DNA of 64,000 nucleotides from Escherichia coli (GTDB lineage Bacteria; Pseudomonadota; Gammaproteobacteria; Enterobacterales; Enterobacteriaceae): NCBI RefSeq assembly GCF_041248615.1, contig NZ_CP158426.1; one strand, 5' to 3'. Shown piece by piece: positions 56,139 to 64,000 of this stretch (position 1 is its first letter; each line of letters starts with the position of its first letter). The notes under the pieces were generated by a model. It saw only the letters and a program-made list of their open reading frames with translations, ran no database searches and was not told where the DNA came from. The position numbers and the translations under genes were made by a program.

Positions 56139-57119
56139 ATGAGAGTAGAAAATAATAATGTTTCTGGGCAAAACCATGACCCGGAACAGATTGATTTGAT
56201 TGATTTACTAGTGCAGTTGTGGCGTGGCAAGATGACAATCATCATTTCCGTCATTGTGGCTATTGCCCTGGCTATTGGATATTTGGCAGTAGCGAAGGAG
56301 AAATGGACGTCAACAGCAATTATCACTCAGCCCGATGTGGGGCAAATTGCTGGCTATAACAATGCCATGAATGTTATCTATGGTCAGGCTGCACCGAAAG
56401 TATCGGATTTGCAGGAGACGTTAATTGGTCGCTTCAGTTCTGCCTTCTCTGCATTAGCAGAAACGCTGGATAATCAGGAAGAACCAGAAAAACTTACCAT
56501 CGAACCTTCTGTTAAGAACCAGCAATTACCATTGACTGTTTCTTATGTTGGGCAAACTGCAGAGGGCGCACAAATGAAGTTGGCCCAATACATTCAGCAA
56601 GTTGACGATAAAGTGAATCAAGAGTTAGAAAAGGATCTCAAGGACAACATTGCTCTGGGACGGAAAAACTTGCAGGACTCTTTAAGAACGCAGGAAGTGG
56701 TTGCGCAGGAGCAGAAAGATCTGCGTATCCGTCAGATTCAGGAAGCGTTGCAGTATGCGAATCAGGCGCAGGTGACAAAACCGCAAATTCAACAGACTGG
56801 CGAAGATATCACACAAGATACGTTGTTCCTTTTGGGGAGCGAAGCGCTGGAGTCGATGATTAAGCATGAAGCGACCCGTCCGTTAGTGTTCTCACCAAAC
56901 TACTATCAGACTCGTCAAAACCTGCTGGATATCGAAAGCTTAAAAGTTGATGATCTTGATATTCATGCTTACCGTTATGTGATGAAACCGACGTTACCTA
57001 TTCGTCGCGATAGCCCGAAAAAGGCAATTACCTTGATTCTGGCGGTGCTGCTGGGCGGCATGGTTGGCGCGGGGATTGTGCTGGGGCGTAACGCTCTGCG
57101 TAATTACAACGCGAAGTAA
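56139..57119 (+). CDS. wzz: O-antigen chain-length determinant (polysaccharide co-polymerase 1)
   Basis: About 326 aa from the ATG at 56139 ('MRVENNNVSGQ'). TM helices near both ends. Confidence 0.92.
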   Translation: MRVENNNVSGQNHDPEQIDLIDLLVQLWRGKMTIIISVIVAIALAIGYLAVAKEKWTSTAIITQPDVGQIAGYNNAMNVIYGQAAPKVSDLQETLIGRFSSAFSALAETLDNQEEPEKLTIEPSVKNQQLPLTVSYVGQTAEGAQMKLAQYIQQVDDKVNQELEKDLKDNIALGRKNLQDSLRTQEVVAQEQKDLRIRQIQEALQYANQAQVTKPQIQQTGEDITQDTLFLLGSEALESMIKHEATRPLVFSPNYYQTRQNLLDIESLKVDDLDIHAYRYVMKPTLPIRRDSPKKAITLILAVLLGGMVGAGIVLGRNALRNYNAK

Positions 57120-57140
57120 TCTTTTCGGTTTTAAAGAAAA

Positions 57141-57174
57141 CGGGCAGGGTGGTGACACCTTGCCCGTTTTTTTT
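57141..57174. terminator. bidirectional intrinsic terminator between convergent wzz and the his operon
   Basis: Stem 'cgggcaggg...ccttgcccg' flanked by an A/T-rich 'ttttcggttttaaagaaaa' on the 5' side and T8 on the 3' side, so it can terminate both the wzz transcript (+) and the his transcript (-). Confidence 0.75.
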
Positions 57175-57215
57175 GCCGGATGCGACAACAACATCGCATC
57201 CGCTCAGCACGCCAC

Positions 57216-57820
57216 TCACTGATGCCGTTTACGCAGGTTCTCAATTACCGTCGTTAAATCCAGATCCTGATCCTGCAACAACACCAGCAGGTGATACATC
57301 AAGTCAGATGCTTCGTTGGTCAGTTCAAAGCGGTCATGCACCGTTGCGGCCAGTGCGGTTTCCACGCCTTCTTCGCCCACTTTCTGCGCAATGCGTTTGG
57401 TGCCGCTGGCATACAGTTTGGCTGTGTAAGAGGTTTCCGGGTCGGCAGATTTGCGTTCGGCGAGCAGTTGTTCCAGTTGATACAGGAACAGCCACTGGTG
57501 AGCGGTGTCGCCGAAGCAGCTGCTGGTACCTTTGTGGCAGGTTGGCCCGATTGGATTTGCCAGCACCAGTAACGTGTCGTTGTCGCAGTCCGGAGCAATA
57601 CTCACCACATTGAGAAAATTGCCCGACGTTTCGCCTTTGGTCCACAGTCGCTGTTTAGTGCGCGAGAAGAAGGTGACATTGCCGCTTTCGATGGTTTTGT
57701 CCAGAGCTTCCGGGGTCATATAGCCCAGCATTAACACTTCGCCAGATACCGCGTGTTGCACAATCACCGGCATAAGTCCGTCGGTTTTTTCCCAGTCCAG
57801 TTCGCGACGTTGTTGTTCTG

Positions 57821-57827
<7 letters not shown>
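57216..57827 (-). CDS. hisI: bifunctional phosphoribosyl-AMP cyclohydrolase / phosphoribosyl-ATP pyrophosphatase
   Basis: 203 aa. Last gene of the his operon on the minus strand. Confidence 0.95.
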
Positions 57828-59905
<2,078 letters not shown>

Positions 59906-59906
<1 letters not shown>

Positions 59907-60972
59907 TACAGCACTCCTTTCGACGAGGGCAGGGTATCGCCTTCCACGCGGATGGCCTGGCGCAGGGTACGACCAAAGGCTTTGAACAGGCTTTCTACAC
60001 GGTGATGATCGTTTTTACCTTTGGTTTTCAGGTGCAGCGTCACGCCCATGGTGTAAGAGAGTGAGCGGAAGAAGTGTTCGATCATTTCAGTGCTGAGATC
60101 GCCCACGCGCTGGTAGGTAAACTCGGCTTTATATTCCAGGTGCGGGCGACCAGAGATATCCAGCGCGCAGCGGGCAAGGCATTCGTCCATCGGTAGCACA
60201 AAACCAAAGCGACAAATACCGCGTTTATCGCCGAGGGCAATTTTTAACGCTTCGCCCAGCGCCAGGCCGGTATCTTCGACGGTGTGGTGATCGTCGATAT
60301 AGAGGTCGCCTTTGACGTTGATTTCCATGCGGAAACCGCCGTGGGTGGCGATCTGATCCAGCATATGATCAAAGAAGCCAACGCCGGTGTTAATCTTGCT
60401 GCCACCTTCGCGATCCAGCCACACCTGGACGTCAATCTGCGTCTCTTTGGTGTTGCGCACTACATGGGCGTAACGGTCTCGTTTAGTGAGTTGCTCGCCA
60501 ATCATCGGCCAGTTCAGGGTTTCGCGGTCGTAGCGTAAACCATTAATGCCCATGTTTTCCGCCAGTTGAATGTCGGTCGCGCGATCGCCAATCACATAAC
60601 TGTTGGCACGATCCATCGCTTGCTCAGCCAGATAACGCTCCACCAGTTTTACTTTCGGCTTACGGCAGTCGCACTCATCGGCGGGCAGGTGCGGACAAAT
60701 CAGCACTTCATCAAACTGCACGCCTTGCGAGGTGAAGATCTGCATCATCAGGTTGTGCGGGCCATCAAAATCCGCCTGTGGGAAACTTTGTGTTCCAAGG
60801 CCATCCTGATTAGTGATCATCACCAGTTTGTAGCCCGCTTTTTGCAGCTTCAGCAGCTCCGGGATCACGCCCGGTTCAAAGGCGAGTTTGTCAAAACGGT
60901 CTACCTGAAAATCACTCGGCGGTTCGCTAATCAGGGTTCCATCGCGATCGATAAAAAGATACTTCTGACTCA

Positions 60973-60973
<1 letters not shown>
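59906..60973 (-). CDS. hisB: bifunctional histidinol-phosphatase / imidazoleglycerol-phosphate dehydratase
   Basis: 355 aa. HAD motif 'FIDRDGTL' at the N-terminus. Confidence 0.95.
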
Positions 60974-63344
<2,371 letters not shown>

Positions 63345-63349
63345 GGCGA

Positions 63350-64000
63350 TCACTCCATCATCTTCTCAATCGGCAGCACCAGGATTGAACTGGCACCCAG
63401 CGCTTTCAGTTTTTCCATCGTTTCCCAGAACAGGGTTTCGCTACTGACCATGTGCATCGCTACGCGCTGTTGATCACCTGCCAGCGGCAGAATAGTTGGG
63501 CGTTCGGCACCTGGCAGCAGGGCGATGACTTCATCCAGACGTTCAGTCGGTGCGTGCATCATGATGTATTTTGATTCGCGCGCCTGGATCACGCCCTGAA
63601 TACGGGTCAGCAGCTTGTCGATCAGTTGCTGTTTAGATTCTTCCATTTCGCCATCGCGCTGGATCAGGCAGGCTTTCGAGCGGTAGATAACTTCGACTTC
63701 GCGCAGGCCGTTAGCTTCCAGCGTGGCACCGGTGGAAACCAGATCGCAAATCGCATCCGCCAGTCCGGCGCGCGGGGCGACTTCAACAGAACCGTTCAGT
63801 AAGCAGGATTTAAAAGAGATGCCTTTCTGGTCGAGATAACGCTTGAGCAGGTGAGGATAAGAGGTGGCGATACGTTTACCGTTTAAGGAGAGCGGACCGT
63901 CCCAGGCTTCATCAACCGGCGTTGCCAGCGAAAGGCGGCAGCCGCCGAAATCCAGTCGACGCAGGGTAAAGTAGCGCGGATCTTCACCCTGGGCTCGGCG
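63350..64000 (-). CDS. hisG: ATP phosphoribosyltransferase, 5' part beyond window end
   Basis: Stop at 63350-63352. Frame stays open to the window edge. C-terminal HisG sequence '...[11 protein letters not shown]'. Confidence 0.9.

Overview
This 64 kb window is an Escherichia coli-type chromosomal segment, in reverse orientation relative to the usual K-12 map. Left to right: the 3' part of yegL, then yegK and yegI (a translationally coupled vWA / PP2C phosphatase / atypical Ser-Thr kinase triad), yegD, alkA, dgcE (yegE), udk, dcd, asmA and yegH. Then comes the complete colanic acid cluster (wza-wzb-wzc-wcaABCDEF-gmd-fcl-gmm-wcaI-cpsB-cpsG-wcaJ-wzxC-wcaKLM) and galF. After galF sits an O-antigen cluster whose central part is visibly AT-rich: rmlB-rmlD-rmlA-rmlC, wzx, a DegT-type aminotransferase and a hexapeptide acetyltransferase (VioA/VioB-like), two ORFs of unassigned family, wzy, a GT1 and a GT2 glycosyltransferase, manC and manB. 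The window ends with gnd, ugd, wzz and, on the minus strand, hisI-F-A-H-B-C-D and the 3' part of hisG. The O-antigen gene content is consistent with an O7-like (VioNAc/Rha/Man-containing) serotype and is not the K-12 O16 cluster. No tRNA, rRNA, CRISPR array or IS/transposase was recognised. All assignments rest on reading the translated ORFs and motifs by eye; no database search was run. The items I consider most worth a second look are: (1) the yegL-yegK-yegI triad, which has the architecture of TerY-P-type triads and whose kinase carries a C-terminal tandem helix-hairpin-helix-like tail; (2) the rfb manB, which is a near-identical nucleotide copy of cpsG while the adjacent manC is highly diverged from cpsB; (3) two O-antigen ORFs with no recognisable glycosyltransferase signature; (4) WcaM, with a twin-arginine signal and beta-helix-like repeats.
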